This document shows, piece after piece, positions 51,701-64,000 of a DNA stretch of 64,000 nucleotides. The stretch is from Haliotis rubra (taxonomy: Eukaryota), in assembly GCF_003918875.1 (NCBI RefSeq), contig NW_025766956.1, forward strand, positions 558,001 to 622,000. Direction: 5' to 3'. Below the pieces are notes generated by a model. That model had not been told where the DNA came from. It searched no databases and saw nothing but the letters and a program-made list of their open reading frames with translations. Each line of letters begins with the position of its first letter. Position 1 is the first letter of the stretch. The position numbers and the translations under genes were made by a program.

Positions 51701-53333
51701 GATTTGAACCCATACGGTCAGAGGCAGGCACCTAATCTCCAGCACTCAAAGGCAGCGATCTTACCCACTCAACCACCACGACGTCCACAAAATATAACAT
51801 ATGTTAAGTCACCACAAGCCTTTATTTGGCTTGTGTTATGTACGCTTGTAAGAAGTGAATAAAAACACCTTTCTTGTCATTTCCAGTCCACTGCGATCCG
51901 ATCGACTGCGGTTCTCTCACGTGTAACTACGGCTTCCAGCCAGACAGTCGAGGCTGCAAGACGTGCACCTGCAGGACATGTACGTTATGTTTCAAATGTT
52001 ATGAGCGATTGATGGAGTTTATAATTACGCCACTGCATGCATTCCAGTTTTATAAAGGCTTGTCAGGGTACATGATATTAGGCATGGTGGTTTGTGTAGA
52101 GCGTACTCGGAACGTGGCTTATCTGAGATTCGAACTCACGACTATCAGCTCTTGGCATATATCAATAATCATGAACATCAAATGTCCCCCCTATCCCCGA
52201 AATGGCTTCTCTGACTTTCAACACAGAAACTACAACATACCGCATAAGGATCCAAGTTAGGACTGGGAATGTTTCTCCTGCGGTAGTTGATTTATGGTTT
52301 CAAGGAGAGACGACTATATCATTATTTACTGAAATTTATTGATTGATTGTTGCTTAACGCCGCACTTATTTAATGAATATATCCTTTAGGAGTTATACGG
52401 GGCAACTAAACTTTCGTCTTTCGTCATTTGTATCTTTCAGCAAAACCCTGCACTACTGTAAGTACCTATTCTGTATCTCGTAGGCAAAACACTCTAATGG
52501 ANNNNNNNNNNNNNNNNNNNNNNNNNNNNNNNNNNNNNNNNNNNNNNNNNNNNNNNNNNNNNNNNNNNNNNNNNNNNNNNNNNNNNNNNNNNNNNNNNNN
52601 NNNNNNNNNNNNNNNNNNNNNNNNNNNNNNNNNNNNNNNNNNNNNNNNNNNNNGCATAAATATACCCCCAAAAAAAAACACAAAAAAAACAAACAAAACA
52701 AACAAACAAACAAAAAACCACTTTAGTGACCCTGCCCTGCATGTCATGTACAAAATCAATTAAAATCATCGTCATCCCTCCAAGCCATAAATTATGAACG
52801 GTCGCTAAAGTTATACAGTACAGTGTAAAAAAAGAGTTAACCCAACACCCTTTGAACAATATCTCCGTTTTATCAAGGGTGAAAGATTGTCACCACTCGC
52901 CCCTTTCCGTAACGCTATTCGGCTTGTCCCGGAATAACACGAGTTGGTCACGAATGGTCAGAACTCATGATCATCATTTCCCGGCAGAGGGACACATCAC
53001 ACAGCAAATTGTGGCTCCAAGACTACAAAGGCACCCGTGTCCATTACGTGAAAAGCATGTTTTTGGAGTGAGTGAGTGAGTTTAGTTTTACGCCGATTTT
53101 AGCAATATTCCCGCAATATCACCAGAAATGGGCTAAACACATTGTAACCATGTGGGGAATCGAAACAGGGTCTTCGACGTGACGAGTGAACACTTTTAAA
53201 CACACACGCACACACGCACGCGCGCACACACACACACACACGCACACACGCACACACCCTGCTGTTGTTGATTTATCCTATTTTCTGTTTCTCCCTTCAG
53301 TTGCTATGTAGGATAAATGAAGCTGTGGGATAA
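48800..53333 (+). CDS. secreted WAP + antistasin-domain protein, copy 5 (110 aa; intron 4 spans the N gap)
   Basis: Exons 48800-48857, 51358-51489, 51887-51979, 52441-52457, 53301-53333. MLQLLVAGLVATAVIVESA-DVCPTDPPGMVYGCAYMPRCLGSGTCGAGQRCCPHICGDRCVTI-VHCDPIDCGSLTCNYGFQPDSRGCKTCTCRT-SKPCTT-LLCRINEAVG*. AATAAA at 53392. Confidence 0.87.
50115..51018 (+). mobile_element. truncated MULE/Mutator transposase (FLYWCH-like + MULE domain)
   Basis: Left terminus GGGATGTTCCAATTTCGCCTACATCCC; GGQQVLYDGYRY, YMDGTF, LLPNKTKQTY and TDFEAAVISAIAEVFP in two frameshifted ORFs. Confidence 0.85.
51019..51152 (-). mobile_element. 5' fragment of a further tRNA-like SINE
   Basis: Minus-strand head GAGCGTGGTGGGCGAACAGGCTAAAGCG..GAGATCGAGCCC resembles degenerate A/B boxes. 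Confidence 0.45.
52502..52653. other. assembly gap (152 N)
   Basis: Run of N. Confidence 1.
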
Positions 53334-53889
53334 GGACATCACTGACAGGACACAACCTGAAAGCCTCTCTTTCAAGACTATGTGAAAGATAAATAAATCA
53401 AGTACGTTTTGTTCTTTTGGTTAGAGTTTTGTTTGCTCTGTATCATCATACACGACGTTGTGGGTTATTGCGCATATACCAAGCGGGTTACACTATAATT
53501 CAAGCAAACGTTACAACTGGGTATAATTCTTAAGACATGAACCCCATTGAACATCTCTGGTATCATCTTGATCGTTACATGAGACAGCGTGTACCAGCGA
53601 AGCTCCCTGCCTCACTAAAGTGCTAAAGAAGTGTGGACAGATGGAAAAGTTGAAAGAGATTCCCGACTTCTGGAGATGTTGGTCAAACCAGCAATGTCAG
53701 TTCAATGTGTTTACCCTCTATAATCCGATCTCTGAACCTAAGGAATTCTAAACATGTTTCGTTTAGAACTGTCTAACCTTTATCATACTGCAGTGAAATT
53801 AAAATTATATCTCTGACTCATGTGTTAGCCAGTGATCGCACCACTCAGCAGATTAGGGTCCGATCGCCAACTTATCTTGAGATTTAAGT

Positions 53890-54239
53890 GGTGGTGGAAT
53901 TTGGTTTAACGTCATGCTTGAGAATATTTCGCTCATATGACAACGTGCATGCGTGTGTATGTGTATGTGCGGCTGCTTGTACTAGCCCAGACTTAAGCTG
54001 GTTTTATAGTGCTAGCCCACTGTGATACCATGCCGCGGTGAAGCATGAATACCCCACTCAGACACATTATACTGACGACGAGCCGACCAGTCCTTGTTGT
54101 ACCCATTAATACCGAGCGCCAGGCAGGGACCAACAAGTACCATATGTTAACGTCTTTTGGTATGACGCAGTCGGGGATCGAACCCGCGACCTTCCGCACT
54201 CCGGGCGGACGCTCTAACCACTACACCACGGAGGCGGTC
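53890..54239 (-). mobile_element. SINE family C
   Basis: TSD TGAGATTTAAGT. Confidence 0.88.
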
Positions 54240-54627
54240 CTGAGATTTAAGTACCACCAAATATAACATATGTTACATTTGATCACTTTCTAAAATGGCA
54301 TTGAGTATTTCACACCTCCAAAATCCCTATTACCGTCACTGATTTGGGGCAATAAATTCTGGTTGTTATTTGAAAGATGTACTCCAGTGGAGTGTGTGCG
54401 GCGTAATTAGTGAAATATCACAGGTGTACTGCTCTTACGCCCTGGACATATTAAGGAGGAAAGCTGTTCTGTTTTCTCTCCAAAATGTCGGAAGCATCAT
54501 TCATGGGCTGATATGCTAGCTCAGTTAATGCTGACAGTACAATGGACAATACTCTGGTAATGTGCGTGGTACTTTGACATCGTTCAGTGCAAATGGCCAT
54601 GGGACAATTTGATAATGGGTGGGTAGT

Positions 54628-54837
54628 AAGTGAGCGAGTTTAGTTTTACACCGCACTCAGCAATATTCCAGCGGCGGTCTGTAAATAATTGAGTCTGGAC
54701 CAGACAATCAGCAGTGATGAGCATCGATCTACGCAATTGCGATACAATGACATGTGTCAACCAAGTCAGGAAGCCTGACCACCCGATCCCGTTCGTCGCC
54801 TCTTACAAGCATTCTAACCCGGATCTTAACGGGTAGT
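54628..54837 (-). mobile_element. family B retroposon, internally deleted
   Basis: Aligns to the reverse complement of 23334-23580. Confidence 0.75.
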
Positions 54838-54927
54838 AAAACTAAGAAAGAGGCGATTTCAATGATGTCATGTCTGAAATTCCTGCCTTTTCTGAGATGG
54901 AGCAACAAATCAGCAACGATAGATATA

Positions 54928-57082
54928 TACTACTGGAATAAAGTAACTGTGCATTATTTGATGTTATGCCATTTTCAATACAAAAATATAACATGATTCC
55001 TTAATCACTGTTTAGCCGTTGACAAGGTAATATCGAAATCTGTTTGATTTGACACTAGGCATCGTGACACGCCCTTGAAGAGACGCGGTGTCAAAAGTCA
55101 GAATCTTGCGTGTCCACCATTGACGTTGATGCAGGCTTTACGACGACAACGCATAGACGACGCTGTGCGATTAAATGTTGTTCCATGTCTGAACCAACGC
55201 TTGTCCAAATTAAACTAACACCAATGGCAGATTCTGGGCTTGACGTTAACTTCGCTTCATTCCATCCCAAACGTGCTCGAGAGAGTACAGGTCCGGCGAA
55301 ACAGCTGGCCCGGGAGTAACGGCTTTTTCTGTTGTCTCAGGAAATCTTTCACAAAACGAGCGACATGTGAACGGGCATTATCTTGCTGAAGCGTGCAGTT
55401 ACGTCTCTGTCCATGAATGAACAGCTGCACATGATGCCCAATGATCTCATCCCTGTATCGCAGACCTGTCAGACTGCCATTGACAATGACAAGTTGTGTC
55501 CTATCATGAGATGTGATGGCTCCTCATACCATAACACTAACGGCACCAAACTGTCGACGGTGAACAACGCACGCTTTAGCATACCGTTCACCCTGTACAC
55601 CCTTGATATGCCGTCTGAGCTGTCCAGATGAAATCTCGACTCGTCAAAACACCACCCCCATCTTGTTTCCTGTCTTGTTTGACGCTGCCTGTACCAGGCA
55701 AGACGTACCTCGGTAACGTTGGAGCAAAATTGGACGTATTGCAGGACGTCGAGACCGGATGTTGTGCTCCCTCAGTCGGTTTCGTAGAGTCCTGGAACTG
55801 ATTGGAGTAAGCGAGGAATGGTCCAAGCAGTCACTGTCTGTCTGGATTCGATTCCTTAGATGGGTCAGCCGAATGTGGTTGTCTTGACGTGACGCGTGGA
55901 CGGCCGGTCCGAGGCAGATCTCTCGTGTTCTCATCGTTTTTCGATGGACACCAAACTGTATGACCACTTCATGTTGAGCCATTCCAGTCTCCAGCATACC
56001 CACGGCACGGAGACGCTGATTTTCTTCAAGCCATAGCATGACGTACGCGCAGCTGAGGTTGAAATTAATGCTTTCCACCACAATCAGAGGCTAAAGAATA
56101 ATCAATCGTTCTTCAATTTTCAATATCATAGTGTGAATGTAGGACCACTTCATGTTGAGCCATTCCAGTCTCCAGCATACCCAGGCACGGAGACGCTGAT
56201 TTTCTGCAAACCATAGCATGACGTACGCGCAGCTGAGGTTGAAATTAATGCTTTCCACCACAATCAGAGGCTAAAGAATAATCAATCGTTCTTCAATTTT
56301 CAATATCATAGTGTGAACTTCAGGTTGGATGCAAAAAGTAAGTTTATTGTGGACAAAGTACACGTGCCACGCGCGATACATAACATCAAATTTCATACAA
56401 AGTGCTTAGATACGGCTTTGGATTTGTTTGGCTATCCCAAACCCTGGGCGACGTTAATGCATTTATCAAACTCTTTCGTACCAGGGCTATTGATATCTTT
56501 AAACAAGACTGGCATTCATCTTTATATGAAAGTTCAAGATATGACTGCTATCGTGAGTTTAAATCTTTACTTGAACCTGAGTCGTATCTATACAACTTAC
56601 GTAGTAAAAGCTTCGTAGTGTTTTCATGCGCCTGAGACTTGGCCTAAATGATTTATATATCAATCAAGGAAGATATTTATCTATTATAAAATCACAAAGG
56701 TTCTGTCCATTTTGTAATACTGTAGAGAATGAATTACACTTTCTATTTCTTTGTCCTGCATATAATGATTTAAGGCAACTGTATTTTCCGCAATGGCTAC
56801 AATCAAATATTAATGCTACAAAACTGTATTCAATACTTTCATGTAAAGCATCCCTATTACAATATAAGGTAGCTCTATTTATTTATCACGGCTTATATTG
56901 AGAAGAGATTCAATGTAACGTGTGGTCGCATGTTGTATATGTTGTACATATCATACATATTTATTCTGTATATGGGCCTCTGGCTCTTCATGCAATAAAC
57001 TGATACAGTATACATGTTTATTTGGGATTATCTTTATGACTGTTTATGCAGTGTTATGCACAGTTACTTTTTTCCGTTAGTA
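54928..57082 (-). mobile_element. decayed Tc1/mariner element with an internal ~180-bp duplication and a nested LINE end
   Basis: TA-flanked termini TACTACTGGAATAAAGTAACTGTGCA / TGCACAGTTACTTTTTTCCGTTAGTA; ORF 55644-56081 has RLRAVGMLETG and ISSRTLRNRLRE (Tc1 HTH region). Confidence 0.82.
56405..57005 (+). mobile_element. 5'-truncated LINE 3' end, related to 32123-37013
   Basis: YGFGFVWLSQ and RFCPFCNTVENELHFLFLCPAYNDLR (CCHC); AATAAA near 56994. Confidence 0.8.
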
Positions 57083-57744
57083 TAGTTGTATCCATGTCTA
57101 GTAAGAACCTTTCCCTTCGCCTTTTTCTGCAAACACATGTTATCATTGATCTGCATACAATACGACATGAGTATTGGTTGATGACAACATCTGGCTTTGC
57201 ATCAATATGAAATAATGTTGATAAGCCTGTTTTGGTGTTTCATTTTTATCGAATATTCGATAGTGACCAGGCAACATGTTTTAGCAAAATATAAACTAAG
57301 GTGTTTTGAATATTATTAATTTCAGGAAACCATAGTTTAATATTAGTTACATGAACAGATAAATAACACGTTTTAATAACCAAAAATGTGAATCGTTAAG
57401 TTGCCTCTTACCAGTAGAATAGGTTGCTTTGGACAAATTGTAACCTCAATTCCCCTTGAGGTGAATCCCTATATCTTGAAGGGCAATAAGGTGGTTTTGA
57501 GGATATAATTCAACCTTGAAATAACTCAAAGCCACAGTTCAATACAGCATGAATTGAAGCATGATACCTTGTATCTTCTGATAAGATATTAATTTTTTTC
57601 TCAGCAGGGATATATTTTGTTTGATCCAGACCTTAAATATGATTCCTATTCAGGACAGATCCCTGCACTCTGTTGTTTGTCCTACCAGATGACTAAACCA
57701 ATCTGCTGGTCAGTGACTTGGTTGATAGTGTACAGTGTCAACAA

Positions 57745-58907
57745 TAGGGCTGTGCAATATTACCGGTAAACCGGTTATATACCGGTACAGTATCACGATA
57801 CGATTATGGCGATATGGTTCAGCTTCTGCACTATATTGGGTCATTCAGAGTTAGTTCCCTTTGAATAATCTGCCCTTGATTTTCATAGCAACAAAATGTG
57901 CTCTAAAAGTGCCAAATATACTTTAATTTCCGTTGGTTTCATGTCACATTTTACAAGTGGAAGTGTCTTTATAAGTGGCTCCAAATGTTCCCAATATTCT
58001 ACCAAATGCTTTGGGTGATGAAGTGGCCTCAATGGACCAATCTTTAAGGAAGATTTAAGGATGCCAGCTTGTTGTTGTGAATAACACGATGTATCTTTCA
58101 CTCCTTCATCAGGTCAGGAAGGAACAAGTATACACTCTGAAACGTCGTGTTATTCACAATAAAGAAGTTGACATCCATAAATCTTGCTTTTCCAATGCAT
58201 TCAACTTCTAAATGCCCCTCAAGATTTGACCAATCTTTTATTTGGATTTATTAGTAGAGTGTCTGGTCTGAGTGACTATTTTGTTTGTTTTATAATGGGA
58301 CATATGTTATCAATTTATCAAAAAGGCCAAAATCGTATATGTTTTGTAAGACTGTATAATGACATTCTTGTCAAGGATCTTAGTTATTGGAGATCACATG
58401 AGGTTTTAAGCTCAAGTAGTTCACCTAAATCATGTTTTTGTTTCATTTTGCAATAGTTTCAATTAACACAAGTTTATATTGGAGTTGAATCTGAATGAAT
58501 GGCTGACATACAGTAACAATGATTACATACTGCATTGAAGTGCATTCTGTTGAAGCAAACAACACTGATCATGAAAATCATGTTATACTGTCACTTTTAT
58601 CATTATGTTCACAAAACTTTGTTGCAATACCGTACTTCAATTAAACATTCTACATTAACGCTCTATATCATTTTATTTATCTGTAAACCATTGGCATACA
58701 GCCATGCACAATGAGAACGGGGGAGCCTGAAAGTATGGTGTAACAGCAACTCAGAAGATGATGTCGCACACAGAAAGATATTATGAATTTATGATGTACG
58801 CACTTGGACAGAAACCTTCAAGTCAATATATCACAATATGTATTGCAATATCTCTTAAATTATTGCAATATATCGCAATATGAGAATCAGGCCAATATCC
58901 AGCCCTA
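57745..58907. mobile_element. non-autonomous hAT-type element
   Basis: Termini TAGGGCTG / CAGCCCTA, 8-bp TSD GTCAACAA, subterminal CGATA/CAATA repeats. Confidence 0.8.
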
Positions 58908-61236
58908 GTCAACAACACACATTTTAACATACCTCATGGGCATTTCAGGTCCTCAGCAAACTATGTGCTTGGAAAGAAGAAAACAAAAATGGAGTGGGTG
59001 GTCAGGCTCAATGGCTTCATTGATTGCATGCCTTTTTGACCAAGCTGTTGGATAGATTGTCATGATATCAAGATTATCTGGTCCAGATTTGATTATTTAC
59101 ACATCACTGACATCTGCAGTTAGGAGTGACTGAGTATAGTTTTACGCAGCTTTGAGCAATATTCCAGAAATATCACAGCAATGGACAGAAGAAATGGGCT
59201 TCACACATTGTACCCATGAGGGGAATCGAACTCGGGACTCTGGCGTGACGAGTGAACGCTTTAACCACTAGGCTACCCCAGCACCCCCCTACAGGGATAC
59301 CACTGCAGAATTTCACTCATCACTCAGAAGTAGGTCTGTGTACATTTACATGATGTATTTGAGACCTTTTGCAGAGGTGAAGCAAGAACATTTATTGGAC
59401 ATAATTTATTTCATATAAATACAAAAAAGAGAGAATAGATTTAGATATGCAAGTTTTCGTAAGCATTAGATGAACTCCAGAATCATCAAAGAATTTAATC
59501 CTCATACACCAGGATGGTATATTTATTGAATCAGTTTCTTTGTTTTGAAGGTTCTCACAAATCAACATAAAAAGATACTGAAACAGAAATGTAATGTGAC
59601 CATCCGATATTTAAGCACAAGTAATATTCAGCATTCAGTCCATCTTTGATACAGTTTCACAAAACATTTTAATAATTTTTATATTGGGAAGATTCTTGGG
59701 AACTTACAACTTACTATGTACAATTTATGTTACACAAACACAAAACTACAAGCACATACAGGTCAAATTGACATTGCATTCAAGTTTCAAGTACATGTAC
59801 TTTACAGGTGAAATTGATACAGGTGAAATTGACATTGCATTCTTAAAGTGTTTCAAGTACATGTACTTTAAAGCAAACAATATGAACATCTCAACTAAAA
59901 TGAATTCATTAACATATGAATATGAACAGGGAAAAATACAGTAAAACCACAATTATCCATACAAAAACACATCATGTCTTCATTCTGCAAGGTGACTGTA
60001 GGGCTATGATAATCATAACTAAATCAAACTTGCGATAATCATAGCACTAAGGCTGCTCTGTGCAATGGTAGCAAGTAGGAGTAACTCTAGCCACTGGTCA
60101 AGTTGAGTAAAATTTGTGTTTGCCCAGTTAAGCCAATGACAGTCCACAGAGGGCCACCTGCATCAACAGCAAAAGATGCTGAATGTGATATTTAGGACAA
60201 TGACCCAAACAGTTTTCACACAAACATAGTCTGACTACCAAAAATGGCCACCATGCTTTCATTGTTTCACAACTGGAAAATACAATATAACAACAGTTAA
60301 CTAAACAATACACACACTTAAATAATGTGACTGCTACCAAATACCATGGATACTTTGTCCAACCAGGTGAGAACAAACTACTGGAATAGCAACAAAGGCA
60401 CACAAGGAATCCCACTTTGTTGAGAAAACACCCCTAGGCAATCAGATCAGGAAATCCATGCAGACAAAGTTACCCACAAAGCTGTGAAAACCCTACAGTT
60501 GATACACACTGGGAAACCTATTCAGACAGGGAAACCAAAGACATGGCAAAATCCTCTCAGGCAGAGAACCAACCAAGCTGGAGAAACCCACTCACCCTGA
60601 AACCAGTGGACTAGTGGCAACAGCAGCAGCAGCAGCAGCACACTACTGTTAACCCAAAGCAACAAGGAAATCCATCAGAAGCATAGGATGTGTTCACATT
60701 TGAGATACTCTTACTAAAATAATGACAAGCTGCCAGGTATAACAAAAGATCTTTAATAGTTGAATCAATGTCCTCTAGCCAAAGGAGTGAGTGAGTTTAG
60801 TTTTATGCAGTTTTATGCAATATTCCAGCAATATCACGGCGGGGGACACCAGAAATGGGCTTCACCCATTGTACCCATGTGGGGAATCAAACCCTGCGTG
60901 ACGAGCCAACACTGTAACCACTAGGCTACCCCACCACCCCTCTATCCAAAGGAATGTGCCACGTGGTAAGGATAATCATTTACTTTGAGCATTGACTGAT
61001 TCCTTTATGACCCTCTTGAAATCTTATATTGGAGTGAGTGAGTGAGTTTGCTTTTACGCCGCTTTTAGCAATATTCCAGCAACATCCTGGTGGGGGACAC
61101 CATAAATGGGCCTCACACGTACCCATGTGGGGAATTGAACCGGTCTTCCTTCGCGTGACGAGCTAATCTTATATTGGAGATTGTATCAAAACCTTCTCTG
61201 TAAATGTAATATTTATGATAAAATTGATATTTTATA

Positions 61237-62047
61237 CTTATCCTGAGTCATGCTTATTTGCTTTCTCATCCTCTCTTTTGAACGGTCAAGTGGAAACTTG
61301 AAGCCCTTCAATTCCCTTGAAGCGAACGTACAATCACTCACCTTGAATTACCTCTCTTTTCCTGCCAAAACTGGCACGTGACCTGCCATGCCTTGCTCCT
61401 CACTCTCTCCTCAATCGCCCACGGTTGGCGGTCACTTTAGGGTCCCTTTGCGGCTTATAACTTCAAATAATTTGGATATATAGCACAAATTCTGCCGTGA
61501 TTGTGTTTCTAAATATGTTGTTTATCATATTTATAACAAAATTTGTACATTGTTTGTCAAATTAATTCACAATTTCACTTCGTTCCAGGTGACTGTTTGT
61601 TCACATGTTTTCAATGTAAACAACAGTCCATCATGTCTCAACGCTTGATTTACACCCTGGGTGTTCTTCTTGGCTGGTTTACGGGTTGAATATGTCTTGA
61701 TGTTTGATTTTTGTGTATAATCATGTGTATATATTGAATTTATGACTTCATATATCTGTTGAATTGTGAAATATCTGACTTATAAAATTGTTCACATGTG
61801 ATTGAAAATTTGAGCCTTCAACAGATGTTGGGGCGCCTGGTGCTGAAGTAGTCCGTCCACTTGGGCTTATATCGGAGAGAGTGAGGAGCAAGGCATGGCA
61901 GGTCACGTGCCAGTTTTGGCGGGAAAAGGGAGGTAATTCAGGGTGAGTGATAGTACGTTCGCTTCAAGGGAATTGAAGGGATTCAAGTTTCCACTTGACC
62001 GTTCGGAAGAGAGGATGAGAAAGCAAATAAGCATGAGTCAGGATAAG
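61237..62047. mobile_element. MITE/foldback element with ~173-bp inverted arms
   Basis: 61237-61410 is the near-perfect reverse complement of 61874-62047. Confidence 0.88.
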
Positions 62048-62495
62048 GAAAAATATAAATAATTCATGAGGTGAATGTTTGGTGAATTCTATTGTCTGTA
62101 TTTGTTTAACACGTAAACAATCTGTATAACTGAAGCCATGACTGCAGTGTATTGTACACTATCTGACTATTTCATACATTCAGTACATACAGTATACACC
62201 CAGCTGTTCTGATGAAACAAAATTACACAACTGAGGTTCATGTTCAGCACAACAATGAGAACAGCCAATGTTCTGCACAACAATGAGAACAGCCAATGTG
62301 ATCTCGTGTTCTGCACAACAAGTGGAACACAGCCAATGTTCTCTGGTGTTTTATACAACAATGAGAGTGTAGAAATAGTCTCATGTTCTGCCTAATACAA
62401 CACCCGAACCCATGTCTCATGTAAGAACAATACGGATACATTGACAAGACTTGTATTGACAGCGCTTTTATAAAACAAGACGTTACATCTCCCTC

Positions 62496-63804
62496 TCAGT
62501 CAACTGTGTCATAGTATTCCTCTTCTTCCTCTTCCACTGATGTTCCGTTCTGGCCTTCAGCTGCATTTGCTGTGTTCTGGCCCTCTGGCAAGTCTGCTGC
62601 ATTGGGCACCCACAGTCCAGAGTCAACACATCGCTTCATGTGGTACTCTGCATCTTCTTTGGAGAGCTCAAGAATCGTTTTCTTTAACAATTCAATGTCT
62701 TTTGATTCAAAACATTTCTTCAAACTCTGAAAGAAAGAAAGAAAAGAAAACTGAAAGCATGTCCAAACAAACCATCCTATTAACATCAAACAAACAGCAT
62801 GCGGTTAAGGGGATGAGTGTGTTTGAGAGGGGATATATGTGTGAGTGGAAGGTGTGTTTGTGGAGGCAATGCATGTGTGAAAGAGGGAAAACTTTTGCCT
62901 AAAAGGAGAGCCTTGTGTTTGAGAGAAGGGATGTGTGCATGAGAGTGGATGCATGTGTGAAAGGAGATCCTTGTGTGTGAGAGTAGGGATGTGTGCATGA
63001 GAGTGGATGCATGTGTGAAAGGAGATCCTTGTGTGTGAGAGAACGGTTGTGTGCATGAGAGTGGATGCATGTGTGAAAGGAGATCCTTGTGTTTGAGAGA
63101 AGGAATGTGTGCATGAGAGTGGATGCATGTGTGAAAGGAGATCCTTGTGTGTGAGAGAACGGTTGTGTGCACGAGTGGGTTGTGTGCTTGTGTGTGAGAG
63201 TGGATGCATGTGTGAAAGGAGATCCTTGTGTTTGAGAGAAGGAATGTGTGCATGAGAGTGGATGCATGTGTGAAAGGAGATCCTTGTGTGAGAGTAGCTG
63301 TGTGCATGAGAGTGGATGCATGTGTGAAAGGAGATCCTTGTGTGTGAGAGTAGGGATGTGTGCATGAGAGTGGATGCATGTGTGAAAGGAGATCCTTGTG
63401 TGTGAGAGAACGGTTGTGTGTGTAAGAGGGGATGAATGTATGAAAGGAGATCCTTGTGTGTGAGAGAACGGTTGTGTGTGTAAGAGGGGATGAATGTATG
63501 AAAGGAGATCATTGTGTGTGAGAGAACGGTTGTGTGTGTAAGAGGGGATGAATGTATGAAAGAAGATCCTTGTGTTTGAGACAAGGAATGTGTGCGTGAG
63601 AGTGGATGCATGCATGAAAGGAGATCCTTGTGTTTGAGAGAAGGGCTGTGTGTGTATGAGTAAGTGTGTGGTTGTGAGTGAGGAGATGTAGCAGTTGGAA
63701 GAAATGGATACAGTTGTACAGGCAGGTGTACAGACCTCAGGCAGAGTCTCCAGCACTTCCAGTGGGTCAAGTCCAGCTGGTCCCAGGCGTTTCTGTCGCT
63801 CCTC
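62496..63804 (-). CDS. CDC37: Hsp90 co-chaperone Cdc37, last two coding exons (gene continues beyond the window)
   Basis: Exons 63804-63736 (EERQKRLGPAGLDPLEVLETLPE) and 62726-62496 (SLKKCFESKDIELL..AEYHMKRCVDSGLWVP..*), GT-AG, phase 0. Matches the Cdc37 C-terminal signature RLGPGGLDP.EV.E.LP / YHM.RC.DSGLWVP. Confidence 0.95.
62905..63645. repeat. ~58-bp minisatellite in the last CDC37 intron
   Basis: Unit GAGAGTGGATGCATGTGTGAAAGGAGATCCTTGTGTGTGAGAG..GTGTGCAT, ~12 units. Confidence 0.93.
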
Positions 63805-64000
63805 CTGAAAAACATGTGTAGCTTTGTCAATTAATGGAGACTACAATATATGCCAAACTGAACATGTCTTGTCCCTTCTGACTACTGATTCTGTTACTTG
63901 AACAGTATATGTGAGGCACATAGTTATTGTCCAGCGGAAATTAAACCCAAATCAAAAAAGCCTGGAAACTGATCTCAATCCTGTTCTCCTTGCTATTTCA

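Noticed and set aside
52428-52859. ORFs spanning X runs
   Set aside because: Artefacts of the N gap.
62786-63830. His/Ser/Thr-rich ORFs overlapping CDC37
   Set aside because: Intronic 58-bp minisatellite; the true exons are bounded by GT-AG and Cdc37 homology.

Overview
AT-rich, repeat-dense animal genomic DNA; the SINE and transposon content and the gene family suggest a mollusc, probably abalone-like (inference only). The core of the window is a head-to-tail array of five paralogous five-exon genes on the + strand (16.1-53.3 kb). The ORF track misses them because the exons are only 58/132/93/17/33 nt. Each encodes a ~110-aa secreted Cys-rich protein: signal peptide, WAP four-disulfide core, antistasin-type domain, and a short C-x4-C tail ending in Gly. 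Copy 4 has lost its stop codon and reads into a 51-bp minisatellite. The last two coding exons of CDC37 lie on the - strand at the right end. The rest is three SINE-like families, decayed Tc1, MULE, Kolobok/THAP and hAT DNA transposons, MITEs, LINE remnants, minisatellites, local tandem duplications and one 152-nt N gap. All gene models were spliced by eye from GT-AG sites and paralog alignment; there is no expression evidence.
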